Source: Candidatus Hermodarchaeota archaeon
Lineage (GTDB): Archaea > Asgardarchaeota > Lokiarchaeia > Sigyniarchaeales > SOKP01
NCBI GenBank assembly: GCA_048885925.1
Contig: JBHLLG010000002.1
Coordinates: 38,923-102,922 of the forward strand
Direction of reading: 5' to 3'
DNA length: 64,000 nt
In this document: one piece after another, positions 28,196-38,819 of the stretch
Numbering within the stretch: position 1 is the stretch's first letter
Layout of the letters: the number at the start of each line of letters is the position of its first letter
Position numbers and translations under genes: made by a program
The notes under the pieces: generated by a model
Told to the model about the DNA's origin: nothing
The model's input: the letters and a program-made list of their open reading frames with translations, nothing else
Databases searched by the model: none

Positions 28196-31100
28196 TTAAG
28201 CTACTACTACTTCTTCTTGAGTATCCTCAGCACCTTCTAAAGTTCGAGCAAGAATTATGAATTTAACTCCTGGAGTTATCGGACCAATGAAGGATTCAAG
28301 ATTATTAAGATAAATTGTAATAAAACCTCCAAGATTATCAATTTCAAAAGAATTACCGACTTGAAATGTAAAGCTAGAAAGAGGAATATACGTTTCGTTT
28401 ATATAGATTGAATGTAATGTTACATTCAATACTCCATTATTTACAATTTTTATAGTAATCCTATTATCACTGTCGTCAATAACGGAGGATGGATCAACTG
28501 TAATACTATAAAATTCCGAATCAACAATCGCATTAAATATAGTTTCATACTCTGCTGTTGTATTAGTAGTTATTTTTACAATAACTTCATCTGACTTATT
28601 AATTTGAAAACCTGGAATATCAAAAGAAATTAATGCAACTTCTTGGTTATCTAAGGAAGAATCTCCATATAAAAATTTAATTTCATTACTATTGGAGCAA
28701 TCAAGTATTAGAGTGGTATTAATTATGACATTTTCCAAAGTGATAGGGCCATTTCCTGTGTTTTTAATTAAGATTATACCTGTTTCATTTGCATTGATAT
28801 ATGAAACTGTTGTTCCATCAATTTCTTCAATTATTTGAATATCATCCTCATCTTTAATTGTATGGATATAACCAATGTCTGAAGCGACCGTTGTGTCAAA
28901 ACTGGCTGTAACACATACAAGTATTTCTTCATTTATATCTCCATTTACATAATCAGTGGCATCAATTACAACTACAGTTTCTTCACCTACATCCAATAAT
29001 AAATCAACGGGTTTATGATAATCTTCATAATCTACTTCATTTTCAGGATCAACTCCATTAAGATAAATTGATTCAATACCAAATTGGTTATCTCCTGTAT
29101 TTTTTATATTTAGAGTTAATTGAGTAGATCCATTTTCATATGTATAAGCATGAGTTTTACTGAAATCAACGGGAACATGCTTTCTATAATGGTTATCCAT
29201 TGCGACAGCTGCTTCAGGTGAAACTATTCGTTCAGAGCTCAAAATCGTAATTGAATAGTCCTCAAGAGAAGATGTGAATAAGACTTCATCAGATACGTTA
29301 TTTACAGTAGCTACTCCAATTTTATTATATTTTATTGTAGGATAAATGGAAAAATCGGTTCCAACATCCTTTAAATGAATATTTGCTCTTTCTCCAGGTT
29401 CTATGATTGGGGAACTATTTAAATAAACTATATCATCTGAAGGAAATCTATTCTCTTCAATATCATCATTTTCATAAAATCTATCAAGAAGTACTGTTGA
29501 TTCCCCTAAATTTTCCACTTCAAGATATATATCAGCAGTAGAGGGATCTGTTTGAATTACTTTACTGTTCTCTCTATTAATTTTTATTTCTTCAGTTAAT
29601 GCCTTTTTAACAAAGAAGTTGCTGGTTTTGTTGGTAAATATGTATGGTCTTTCATAGAGAGCCTCTGATTGAGCCGTAACGGTTACATTAACAACATCAT
29701 ATTCATCAAACGTAGTTCCCTTTGATTTAATATCAACCCAAACTCGATCTTCGCTTCCTTTTTCGATTGTATTATTAGCATTACCCATAACAAAATCATA
29801 ACTTAGACCATTTATGTCAACACTTGTAATTTGTAGATTTTTTTCACCATGATTATCTATTTTAAATGTTGCGTATCCATTATCAAAAACTTCTGCATTC
29901 TTTATCATAAATTTTGAATCTAAGGCGGTATAGTCAATCTTAAATAATTTAACCATCCCCATTTTCGAGAAATATTCTGGAATAAAAGCTACAGTAGGAT
30001 ATAATCCAGCTTCAGGTATATGGGACTTCCATGTATCTCCATCATTATCTATTCTCCTACTTATTTCTCTTGCATAACTCTGACTGAATTGATGATGAGA
30101 TTGATCAGTTTCATCTGTTGGGATCCCATAAAACATCAACTTAACCAATTGACTATCAAACCATGCATCATCAACATATCCATGAGTCATATTTCGATAT
30201 TCACTTTCATCAAAAACGGCATTATCCTTCCAATTATCCTCTTCCCAGCCCATTTGTTTAAACCTTGCATACTCATCATTACAAATTTGAATCATCCATG
30301 TCCATTTTCCTTCATCACCACCTAATCCTGTGATGAGAAACCCGAAAAATACCAAAATATAATCTGCTCTCAGCCTTTGTAATACTTTTAAACTATAAAT
30401 TTCGTTAGTTTGCATTAGAGCCATTCCTACTGCGCCCATTCTAGTACGATTCCAAGTAGCATTGTCATTTACTGTCGTTACATTTCCTATTGGAGTAAGC
30501 CAATAGCCATAATCCCACCATGAAACAACTACATCTGTTCCTTCTAGATTTTCTCTCATCCAAGTTAAACTTTCTTCCCATTCATGTACAATTCCGGCAG
30601 GAGCTATTTGTGCGAATGACATCTGATTGACAGCAATATCAACGGTATGAACAACTTGGGCTATACATAAAAATCCTACAACAAGATAAATTGCAACTGC
30701 TTCTGAAGTCCCTAATGTTCCCTTTACTTGTCTTCTTCTCATTCTACTTACACCAGCTTTTCTTTCTCCCAAAAAACTACCGAATATTCTTAAAATACTG
30801 ACTAGACCATAAGCTCCTACTAAAGCTGACGCTGGTGCAAAAATTAAAATTATCCGAATCATACTTCCTGTAAAATAAAACATTAATATGATAAATGTAA
30901 TCAAAAAGATATCTGCAGTATTTAATCTCTTAAAGCAAAAATAAATGCCTAATGGTACTAATACTAAGGGAATTAAAGTTTGATAATAAAAAACGCTCCA
31001 AGCACTAGGCATTTGTTCTGCTACTGAAGCAACATGAGCAACTTGTTCACGAGCAAGAGGATTAATAATTGTCCAAAATCGGGAACTAAAGTTAAAAGGT

Positions 31101-32095
31101 AAAAGTTGAGGAGCTACCCAAATTATAACAGCAATAATTAATATTCCGGGAATAATAATCCATTTTATTACATTTATTAAATAATAATAAAAACTTGAAT
31201 ATTCACTCCTTTTCGTATAAATAATATGAAAAATTACTAAAATAATTGTAAAAAGAAAAATTCCACCTATTTCTAGACTTGAAAATAATTCACCATGGTT
31301 AAATGTAATATATAATGAATATATCAATAAACCAGTTCCTTGGACTCCAGCATAGGCAATCAATAAATTTTCATTGTATTTATTCGTTAAAATTAATATT
31401 ATACTAATTAGAGGTAATAGTAAAAAAATAAATTGATATCCACCCCAACTTAGTGATAAATATCCCAAAAAGACACCACCAAGCACGGAATATGAAAACC
31501 TTCCCGTTCTCGCTGCTTTTAAGAAGAATAGGAAAGCCATTAAGGAAGCAAAAACTCCGATTGTTTCATTATCAAAGAAACCGGCAGTAGTACGTTGTAG
31601 ATACCCCGGATTGAAAGCTAAGAAAAATGCTGCGATTATACCTGTACCACGATTTAAAATTTCTTTTCCTAGATAATAAATAACTAATACAGTTATCCCT
31701 CCCATAAAAGCAGGAAAGTAAAAGCAAACATTATATAATGAGATGGGTAATCCAAAGAACTTAAAAATATTATATATAGCTAAAACTGTAAATGTCAATC
31801 CTGGTCGTAGACCGCCCCGAAAAGTGCCCTCAGGATACCAACTCTTGGTATCCCACCAATTAAAATATTCATAAAAAGTGTGCTCACTTAAATATTCTGC
31901 ATTATACCATTGAATCCAAGGGTCAAATGCTTTAATTAAAGTTACTCCTCTTATCAATGGACTAAGCCTTATTAGTATTGCAAGAATTACGATAAAAAAT
32001 ACAGATATAAAAAGTAAAATATTAGTTGTTTTCACAGATATCGATGTTCTGATACGATCACGAAAATTTCTTAACGAACCGAGGATCTTAACCAT
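28196..32095 (-). CDS. aglB: Oligosaccharyltransferase AglB/STT3 (eukaryote-like core) with ~585-aa C-terminal beta-repeat extension
   Basis: Multi-TM N-terminus with FDPW...NWWD..SWYPEG, FFDNETIG, WWDYGYW, and NDNATWNRT (like the eukaryotic DNNTWNN). The core ends around MVKLFKIDY, and five N-x-G beta-repeat units follow. Confidence 0.9.
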   Translation of the reverse strand: MVKILGSLRNFRDRIRTSISVKTTNILLFISVFFIVILAILIRLSPLIRGVTLIKAFDPWIQWYNAEYLSEHTFYEYFNWWDTKSWYPEGTFRGGLRPGLTFTVLAIYNIFKFFGLPISLYNVCFYFPAFMGGITVLVIYYLGKEILNRGTGIIAAFFLAFNPGYLQRTTAGFFDNETIGVFASLMAFLFFLKAARTGRFSYSVLGGVFLGYLSLSWGGYQFIFLLLPLISIILILTNKYNENLLIAYAGVQGTGLLIYSLYITFNHGELFSSLEIGGIFLFTIILVIFHIIYTKRSEYSSFYYYLINVIKWIIIPGILIIAVIIWVAPQLLPFNFSSRFWTIINPLAREQVAHVASVAEQMPSAWSVFYYQTLIPLVLVPLGIYFCFKRLNTADIFLITFIILMFYFTGSMIRIILIFAPASALVGAYGLVSILRIFGSFLGERKAGVSRMRRRQVKGTLGTSEAVAIYLVVGFLCIAQVVHTVDIAVNQMSFAQIAPAGIVHEWEESLTWMRENLEGTDVVVSWWDYGYWLTPIGNVTTVNDNATWNRTRMGAVGMALMQTNEIYSLKVLQRLRADYILVFFGFLITGLGGDEGKWTWMIQICNDEYARFKQMGWEEDNWKDNAVFDESEYRNMTHGYVDDAWFDSQLVKLMFYGIPTDETDQSHHQFSQSYAREISRRIDNDGDTWKSHIPEAGLYPTVAFIPEYFSKMGMVKLFKIDYTALDSKFMIKNAEVFDNGYATFKIDNHGEKNLQITSVDINGLSYDFVMGNANNTIEKGSEDRVWVDIKSKGTTFDEYDVVNVTVTAQSEALYERPYIFTNKTSNFFVKKALTEEIKINRENSKVIQTDPSTADIYLEVENLGESTVLLDRFYENDDIEENRFPSDDIVYLNSSPIIEPGERANIHLKDVGTDFSIYPTIKYNKIGVATVNNVSDEVLFTSSLEDYSITILSSERIVSPEAAVAMDNHYRKHVPVDFSKTHAYTYENGSTQLTLNIKNTGDNQFGIESIYLNGVDPENEVDYEDYHKPVDLLLDVGEETVVVIDATDYVNGDINEEILVCVTASFDTTVASDIGYIHTIKDEDDIQIIEEIDGTTVSYINANETGIILIKNTGNGPITLENVIINTTLILDCSNSNEIKFLYGDSSLDNQEVALISFDIPGFQINKSDEVIVKITTNTTAEYETIFNAIVDSEFYSITVDPSSVIDDSDNRITIKIVNNGVLNVTLHSIYINETYIPLSSFTFQVGNSFEIDNLGGFITIYLNNLESFIGPITPGVKFIILARTLEGAEDTQEEVVVA

Positions 32096-32281
32096 GATAA
32101 TTTATATGAAATTTTATTAAGTTTTCAATTAAAATCCATAATTAAATTTTTAATATAAAAAATATCCTTAAGATTAAAATCTTTTTCTTTAATCTAACAT
32201 TTTGTAAAATTTACTATAATTTAAAAAGAATTTACGAGATTTGGATATTCTATAAATTAAAAATCATTAGAAATATTAGAT

Positions 32282-33139
32282 GTGAAGACTTTTATGGATA
32301 AATCGAAATTTCTCTTCAAAATTTATTATATTGGAAAGAAAAAGTATTTTGGATCTCAAAGGCAACTTGAATTTATAACAATTGAACATTGTTTTTTAAA
32401 TGCGTTAATAGAAAGAAATTACATCAATGAATCCAAAAATTCTCAGTTTGAATTTGCTAGTAGAACTGATCGATTTGTAAGTGCAAGAGGATCGTGTTTC
32501 GCTTGTATTATAGATAAAGAACCGATATTAATGGAAATTAACAGTGTATTACCGAAAGAAATGGGTATTTGGGCATATAGTAAAGTACCACTAGATTTTT
32601 CTTCTAGATACAATGCTAAATTACGTCATTATGTATATATTGTGCCTACTCCCTTACATTATTTGGAGAAAAAAGATATGATTAATCTTGCAATATTGGA
32701 AAAAGCTTGTAAAAAGTTACAAGGCAGACATGATTTTGTTAATTTCTCAAAGAAGGAAAAGAAAGAAATTATTACTATAAGAGATTTGGATGTTGTAAAT
32801 TTATCAGTAGTGAATGATTACTTAGTTTTTATTTTTAAGAGCAGAGCATTTTTACGACAACAAATTCGTCGAATTGTTAAAAAATTATTAGAATTAGGAA
32901 CAGGTGAGATTTCTTATAATGAGTTTATAGATTTATTTGATAATTCTAAAATAGTGTCTTATCAACCGGCTGATCCCAAAGGATTAATTTTATGGGATAT
33001 AATTTTTGATGATAAAATAAGATTTATAGAAGATCCCAAATCTAAAGAACGAATGTACAAATTTTTTCAAAAAGAAGAATTAAAATTTGGACATAGAAAT
33101 AAGTTATTCAGAACTCTGCAACAAGACGATTTTGGCTAA
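32282..33139 (+). CDS. truA: tRNA pseudouridine synthase TruA/Pus1 family
   Basis: FKIYYIGKKKYFGSQRQ and the catalytic SRTDRFVSA (RTDxGVHA-like). GTG start. The 3' end overlaps convergent rfcS by 36 nt. Confidence 0.8.
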   Translation: MKTFMDKSKFLFKIYYIGKKKYFGSQRQLEFITIEHCFLNALIERNYINESKNSQFEFASRTDRFVSARGSCFACIIDKEPILMEINSVLPKEMGIWAYSKVPLDFSSRYNAKLRHYVYIVPTPLHYLEKKDMINLAILEKACKKLQGRHDFVNFSKKEKKEIITIRDLDVVNLSVVNDYLVFIFKSRAFLRQQIRRIVKKLLELGTGEISYNEFIDLFDNSKIVSYQPADPKGLILWDIIFDDKIRFIEDPKSKERMYKFFQKEELKFGHRNKLFRTLQQDDFG

Positions 33140-34075
33140 TAATGCTTGAAGCTGAATTTCTTCAGTGCCTCCTTGACTTAGTCTATATTCAAACTCAGCT
33201 AATAGTTTAGTTAATTGAATTTTTAAATCTTCTTGTATGTCTAACTCATAAATCTCCTTATGCAAACTCTTTATAATATTTTGTCCTGAAAGCCCATATT
33301 CCTTTATCAAATCATTTAATAATTTTATAGATAACTGTAATTGGCCATCTAAAGAAGCTTTTAAGATTTCTTTTATTTTTTCAGGAGGAACTTCGCCAGC
33401 TATCCGAAAAACAATTTCTTGATCAATCTTTTTAGCGATTGTTCCACAGGATTGAAGATAATTTATTGCTCTTCTACAATCTCCTCTAGAAACATTAACA
33501 ATTGCATTTAAACCACCAGGAGTTAAGGTAATATCTTCTTGTTTTGCCACATATTTTACTCTACTCTTAATGTCATCGATATTTAGTGAAGCAAATCTGA
33601 ATACAACACATCTAGATTGAATAGGAGGAATTATTTTATTAGAATAATTACATATCAAAATCATTCTACAATTTTTTGTATATTTTTCCATAGTCCTCCT
33701 TAAAGCTTGTTGTGCAGGAGCAGTCATGTTATCTGCTTCATCAAGAATTAATACTTTAAAGGAAATATCAGCTGGAGGTCGTGCTTTTGCAAAATCTTTG
33801 ATATAAGTTCTAATAACATCAATACCACGCGCATCGCTAGCGTTTAATTCTAAATAAGTTCTATTAATTGCCATTTCTCTTCCGTATAATTCCCTTATCA
33901 TTGCTAATGCAGAAGTAGTTTTTCCTGTTCCAGCAGGACCAGCGAAAATGAGATGAGGCATAGATGTATCTTTTACGAACTGCTTCAAACGTTTTATTAT
34001 TCCTTTTTGATTTACCACATCATCTAGTACTCTCGGTCGATATTTCTCAACCCAAGGTCTATTTTCAAGAGACAT
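33104..34075 (-). CDS. rfcS: Replication factor C small subunit
   Basis: PWVEKYRP, GPAGTGKTT, ILDEADNMT, SRC motif. Confidence 0.95.
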   Translation of the reverse strand: MSLENRPWVEKYRPRVLDDVVNQKGIIKRLKQFVKDTSMPHLIFAGPAGTGKTTSALAMIRELYGREMAINRTYLELNASDARGIDVIRTYIKDFAKARPPADISFKVLILDEADNMTAPAQQALRRTMEKYTKNCRMILICNYSNKIIPPIQSRCVVFRFASLNIDDIKSRVKYVAKQEDITLTPGGLNAIVNVSRGDCRRAINYLQSCGTIAKKIDQEIVFRIAGEVPPEKIKEILKASLDGQLQLSIKLLNDLIKEYGLSGQNIIKSLHKEIYELDIQEDLKIQLTKLLAEFEYRLSQGGTEEIQLQALLAKIVLLQSSE

Positions 34076-34168
34076 CTTTTTAATGTATGAGTTTAACTTT
34101 TTTAATATTATATTAAGAATTAAATTTTCTTAATTCTTTATTAATATTCATATCCATAAAAAAATTAA

Positions 34169-35482
34169 ATGAATGTTATGACTGATTTTAAAATTACAAA
34201 AATTAAATCTCGATGGATTTTAGATTCACGTGGAAATCCAACTATTGAATCTGATGTTTTTGTTGGAAAAAGTTTTTCAAGAGCAGCTGTCCCTTCAGGA
34301 GCATCAACTGGTGTCTCAGAAGCACTTGAATTGAGAGATGGAGGGAAGGCTTTCATGGGAAAGCATGTGTTGAAAGCAATTAATAATGTTAATGATATAA
34401 TAGGTAAAGAATTAATTGGATTTGATGTAAGAGAGCAAACGAAAATAGATGGAAGAATGATTTCTTTAGATGGAACAGAAAATAAAAGTAATTTAGGTGC
34501 AAATGCAATTTTATCTGTATCTTTAGCAGTAGCTAAATTAGCTTCTCAGCTTACTGAAGTACCTCTATTTGTTCACCTTCATCATTTAGCATATAATAAA
34601 TCTAGTGAGAATTATTTATTGCCTCTTCCATGTTGCAATATTATAAATGGAGGTGAACATGCTGGTAATAATTTATCAATACAAGAATTTATGGTTTTAC
34701 CTGTTGGTGCTAAATCGTTTTCTCAAGCAATACAAAATGCCGCAGAAGTATATCAAACATTAAAAAAATTATTATTAAAGAAATACGGACCTTCTTCGAT
34801 TAATGTTGGTGATGAAGGAGGATTTGCCCCAAATATAAATTTAACTTCAGAAGCCGTGGAAATAATTATAGAAGCGATTGAAAAAGCAGGATTTCTCTGT
34901 GGTACGGATTTTGTACTTGGAATGGATGCTGCTGCGAGTGAATTTTATGAAGATGGTTCTTATAATATTGATGGGAAAAAGCTCTCCGAGGAAGAATTAT
35001 TAGAATATTATATAGATTTAATCCATGATTATCCCTTCAAATCTATTGAAGACCCTTTTCAAGAAAAAGATTTTAGAAATTTTTCAAATTTAACTGCTAA
35101 AGTTGATAAATCAATTCAGATTGTTGATGATGATTTAACAGTTACAAATATAAAGATTCTCGAAAATGCAATCAAATCAAAAGCAGGAAATGCTTTATTA
35201 CTCAAAGTAAATCAAATAGGATCTTTAACGGAAGCTATAAAAGCAGCAAAAATGTCTTTTGATAATGGATTTAATGTAATGGTTTCGCATCGCTCTGGAG
35301 AAACAGAAGATACCTTTATAGCTGATTTAGCGGTTGGTTTATGTACTGGACAAATTAAGACCGGAGCTCCTTGTAGATCTGATCGAAATTGCAAATACAA
35401 TCAGTTGCTAAGAATTGAAGAAGTACTAGGCAATAATGCCAGATATCCAAAAAAACTAGATTCGTGGAAAGAATTTCAATAA
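34169..35482 (+). CDS. eno: Enolase
   Basis: [45 protein letters not shown]. Confidence 0.95.
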   Translation: MNVMTDFKITKIKSRWILDSRGNPTIESDVFVGKSFSRAAVPSGASTGVSEALELRDGGKAFMGKHVLKAINNVNDIIGKELIGFDVREQTKIDGRMISLDGTENKSNLGANAILSVSLAVAKLASQLTEVPLFVHLHHLAYNKSSENYLLPLPCCNIINGGEHAGNNLSIQEFMVLPVGAKSFSQAIQNAAEVYQTLKKLLLKKYGPSSINVGDEGGFAPNINLTSEAVEIIIEAIEKAGFLCGTDFVLGMDAAASEFYEDGSYNIDGKKLSEEELLEYYIDLIHDYPFKSIEDPFQEKDFRNFSNLTAKVDKSIQIVDDDLTVTNIKILENAIKSKAGNALLLKVNQIGSLTEAIKAAKMSFDNGFNVMVSHRSGETEDTFIADLAVGLCTGQIKTGAPCRSDRNCKYNQLLRIEEVLGNNARYPKKLDSWKEFQ

Positions 35483-35495
35483 TTTAAATATTCTA

Positions 35496-36152
35496 CTAAC
35501 TCATATTATTATTTTTAATGAATCTATACACGTTAACATTAATCTTTTTAGCTCTTCGATTGTGAAAAGGAAAAGATTTTTCTAGAACCATAGTAAAAGG
35601 AAATACATTATCTATTTTCCAATCAAATTTCTTAATGTAGCTTAAAATAAATTTATGGACTTTCTCATTTGCTAAATGAATAGAATAGATAGTATCTGAA
35701 AAAGAGAATGCTTTAACTAAAAACCTTCTATCAGCATATTTCGTTTGAACTCCAAATGGAGGATTCATAATAGTTGTTACTTTCATTTTCTCAGGAATAT
35801 TTTTTTTTGAAATCTCAAAGTATTCAATATCTGCGCAAATTGGAAAAATGATGTTATCTAATTTTAACTTAAGAATGTTTTTTCTTAAAATATTTAATGC
35901 ACCTAAATCAATATCAATACTTAGAACATAACTGGCTTTTAAAAGTGCGCTTGCGATAGATAATCTTCCTGTTCCAGCACCTAAATCTATAATAATATTT
36001 TCATTAATATCATTAAATTCAAAACCCGCATAGTATATAATATCTACTGCACAGCTTGCATCAATACAATATTGTTCTAGTTCAACTTTAGGATTTGTAA
36101 ATGTTTCTGTTTTTTGAACAATAAAAATTAATTGTTTTTTATTAATATTCAT
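35496..36152 (-). CDS. SAM-dependent methyltransferase, METTL5/COG2263-like (N6-adenine type NPPF motif)
   Basis: DLGAGTGRLSIA (motif I) and IMNPPFG (motif IV). Divergent from csl4, an association I recall from the archaeal exosome neighbourhood literature. Confidence 0.7.
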   Translation of the reverse strand: MNINKKQLIFIVQKTETFTNPKVELEQYCIDASCAVDIIYYAGFEFNDINENIIIDLGAGTGRLSIASALLKASYVLSIDIDLGALNILRKNILKLKLDNIIFPICADIEYFEISKKNIPEKMKVTTIMNPPFGVQTKYADRRFLVKAFSFSDTIYSIHLANEKVHKFILSYIKKFDWKIDNVFPFTMVLEKSFPFHNRRAKKINVNVYRFIKNNNMS

Positions 36153-36246
36153 CTGAATACTCTTTTAAATTGAATACATCAAATTTATTTATCTTATTAA
36201 ATACTATTTACATAGATTAGAAAAGAGTCTGAGAAATTAAAAACTA

Positions 36247-36858
36247 TTGTTGATATTGTTGAGTAAGAAGAATATAGATGATGATGAAATTGTTTTAACT
36301 GGTCAATATATTGGAGTAGTAGAAGAATTCCTTCCTGATAAACAATCTACATTTATCAAGGACGGTAAAATTTTTGCTAGTAAAACAGGACTAGTAAATA
36401 TTAATAATAAAGAAAGGAAACTTGAAATACAAACACATCAAGAACAAGATCGAAAAACTGTTAAAATTGGGGATATAGTTATTGGAACAATTGTTTTTTT
36501 GCGAAAATTTTCTGTCGGAATTAATTTTTTTACAATAAATAAAAAAATCCATTTCAACTCTGGATATTTTGGAAATGTTCACGTTTCACAGATTTCAGAT
36601 AAATATGTTGAAAAAATCAACGATGCTTTTCAAATTACAGATATTTTGCGTGCCCGCGTGATTGAGCAAGAATATAATGAATATAAGTTAAGTACTGTTG
36701 GTAAAAATCTAGGAATAATCTATGCTGATTGTGTAATTTGTGGAAATTCTCTTACAAAAATTGGATATAATAAATTGAAATGCATGAGATGTGGAAATAT
36801 TGAAACCCGAAAATTAGCTAGTGATTATGGAAATGTAAATGATAACTTAAGATTTTAA
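36247..36858 (+). CDS. csl4: Exosome cap subunit Csl4
   Basis: N-terminal domain TGQYIGVVEEFLP, S1 domain IGDIVIGTI...GNVHVSQI, C-terminal zinc ribbon CVICGNSL...CMRCGNIE. TTG start. Confidence 0.8.
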   Translation: MLILLSKKNIDDDEIVLTGQYIGVVEEFLPDKQSTFIKDGKIFASKTGLVNINNKERKLEIQTHQEQDRKTVKIGDIVIGTIVFLRKFSVGINFFTINKKIHFNSGYFGNVHVSQISDKYVEKINDAFQITDILRARVIEQEYNEYKLSTVGKNLGIIYADCVICGNSLTKIGYNKLKCMRCGNIETRKLASDYGNVNDNLRF

Positions 36859-36903
36859 ATTACCTTTTTAAATAGAGATTTAAAAAAAAATGCGTGCTCA
36901 TTA

Positions 36904-37122
36904 TTGAAGAAAACAGGAAAAAAAGTTATTCATTTCTATAATAATAGTGGTTCCTTGGATAATACTATTCAATTTCTTGAAAATATTAAAAAAAAAATAA
37001 ATTATTTAAATCTGAATGTATCTGTGGATGGCAAAATAATAAAAGTTACTCTTTTTGGATCACGAGATCTTCAACATTTAGCAACAGAAAGACTAAAAGA
37101 ATTAGCTAATCGATACTTATAA
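36904..37122 (+). CDS. Small hypothetical protein between csl4 and rpoL
   Basis: 72-aa ORF with a TTG start, same strand as its neighbours. No motif recognised. Confidence 0.3.
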   Translation: MKKTGKKVIHFYNNSGSLDNTIQFLENIKKKINYLNLNVSVDGKIIKVTLFGSRDLQHLATERLKELANRYL

Positions 37123-37219
37123 GAATTCAGTATCTTATTCCTAAAACCATAAAAAATTTATTTGATTTTACATATTTTTTATTAAGCTCACTTAATCTTA
37201 AACACAAAAAAAGATAATA

Positions 37220-37729
37220 ATGGCTAAAAAAAAGGCAGTCAAATCAAAAGATCTAGAAGAGGATGAACTTGATGAATTTATTGATGAATTTTTAGAAGAT
37301 GATAAAGTTGAAACCATCTTTCCAAAAACAGATCAAAAAGAAAAAAGTAAACCACCTATACCGGATGAAGATGAATTTGATATCAGTGAAATACCGGAAG
37401 AAGAATTAGAATTTGAACTCGAGGAACCAGAAAGATTTCCTGAATATAAATATCTTAATCTGAGATTAAATAAAGGAGAAAGCGATAATGATTTTGAACT
37501 GATTGTTGAGGGTCAATCGCACGGATTCTGTAATATTCTTGTTAAACATTTGTTATCAATAGAGGGTGTTAATATTGCTGCGTATAAAGCAACTAATATA
37601 AATCCCGCACAAGTTTATATCCGTCTTGAAAATTCTAAATATAATATTAAAGATATTCTAAATAAAGGAATTGAATCATTAAGAGAAGAAGTTATAAAAA
37701 CTCAGAAATTATTTAAAAAACTAACTTAA
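37220..37729 (+). CDS. rpoL: RNA polymerase subunit Rpo11 (RpoL) with ~85-aa acidic N-terminal extension
   Basis: The C-terminal ~85 aa (FELIVEGQSHGFCNILVKHLLSIEGVNIAAYKATNINPAQVYIRLE) match the GEDHTLGNLL...Y..HP pattern of Rpo11. The N-terminus is D/E-rich and of low complexity. Confidence 0.75.
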   Translation: MAKKKAVKSKDLEEDELDEFIDEFLEDDKVETIFPKTDQKEKSKPPIPDEDEFDISEIPEEELEFELEEPERFPEYKYLNLRLNKGESDNDFELIVEGQSHGFCNILVKHLLSIEGVNIAAYKATNINPAQVYIRLENSKYNIKDILNKGIESLREEVIKTQKLFKKLT

Positions 37730-37786
37730 AGCTCTATTTTCTTTTTTATGAAAAATTTATAAGATCTCTATATTCAACCTATCATA

Positions 37787-38254
37787 ATGGATTATGATTT
37801 TTTAATTAAAGATTTACACCTCAATAAATCTCAAAAGAGTATTGGAACAGATAAAGGTTTAGCTAAAATTGGAGATGGAATTGTAAATTTAACATATTCC
37901 GTAGCAAAGTCTATCTTTTTAACAAAAAATAATCCAAATAAAAAGATTGTTAGAACAGGAAAAAAAGTTGGTAAAAATATCTTAGATACCGCATTAAAAA
38001 ATGCCAATATGAAGAGTTATGCTAAAACGAGAGCCAATGCTCATGACCTTGCAGACACTGTTGAGTCCTTAATTGCATACATATGGCTTAATAATAAAAT
38101 GACAATAAAAGAGATAATCAATTTCCTAGTTGAAAATCTTTCTGGTGATCTTAATAATAGAAATGAAGAAATTAAAAACGCAACCACCGCATTTACAAAT
38201 CTGTTAAACTTTATTAAAAAGTTTTTACCTGAGAAAAAAAAAGATGAAAGATAA
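37787..38254 (+). CDS. RNase III-fold-like domain protein
   Basis: LAKIGDGIVNLTYS resembles the LEFLGDAVL signature, and LADTVESLIAYIWL resembles LADxFEALIGAIYL. Weak call made by eye only. Confidence 0.4.
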   Translation: MDYDFLIKDLHLNKSQKSIGTDKGLAKIGDGIVNLTYSVAKSIFLTKNNPNKKIVRTGKKVGKNILDTALKNANMKSYAKTRANAHDLADTVESLIAYIWLNNKMTIKEIINFLVENLSGDLNNRNEEIKNATTAFTNLLNFIKKFLPEKKKDER

Positions 38255-38804
38255 TCCCATAACAATTGGATTTGATGATGCACCATTTGATTTCTATTCA
38301 GATAAAAAATATACTCATTTAGTTGGAGTTGTTTGTCAAGGAACAAGATTGGTTAGTGTTATACAAGACAGAATTACAATAGATGGAGAGGATGCTACTG
38401 AAAAAGTAATACAACTAGTTAAGCAAAATGAAAAACATATACAATATATTTTAACACATACGATTACTTTTGGTGGATTTAATCTTATCAATCTAAAAGA
38501 AATCTATTCTAATATTGAAAAACCTATCATTGCAATAACAGAGAGAGAAGTTGATCTTGACTCTGTTAAAAATGCTCTAATACACAAGTTTCCAGATAGG
38601 TATAAAAATAAATTAAAGCATATTATCGATGCTGGAAATTTGTATGAAACAGAAATAAAAACCGCTGGAGGCTTATCCAAATTATTTTTTCATTGTAAAG
38701 GTATTTCAATCGAAGATGTAGAATCTCTCCTTGAAAAAGTCTGTATTGATTCCAAACTACCAGAATCAGTAAGAATTGCTCATTTAATTGGGAAAATTTT
38801 CTAA
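38244..38804 (+). CDS. UPF0215/DUF99 family protein
   Basis: ITIGFDDAPF...LVGVVCQGTRLVSV...ITIDGEDAT matches the GxDDxxF...vG.v.rg...vDG.DaT pattern I recall for DUF99. Overlaps the upstream gene by 11 nt. Confidence 0.6.
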   Translation: MKDNPITIGFDDAPFDFYSDKKYTHLVGVVCQGTRLVSVIQDRITIDGEDATEKVIQLVKQNEKHIQYILTHTITFGGFNLINLKEIYSNIEKPIIAITEREVDLDSVKNALIHKFPDRYKNKLKHIIDAGNLYETEIKTAGGLSKLFFHCKGISIEDVESLLEKVCIDSKLPESVRIAHLIGKIF

Positions 38805-38819
38805 TATACAATTGTTCTA

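Noticed and set aside
32168-32197. AT-rich imperfect hairpins (32168..32197; also 58834..58865 and 58893..58917)
   Set aside because: These are imperfect stems made almost entirely of A/T in AT-rich intergenic DNA, indistinguishable from chance.
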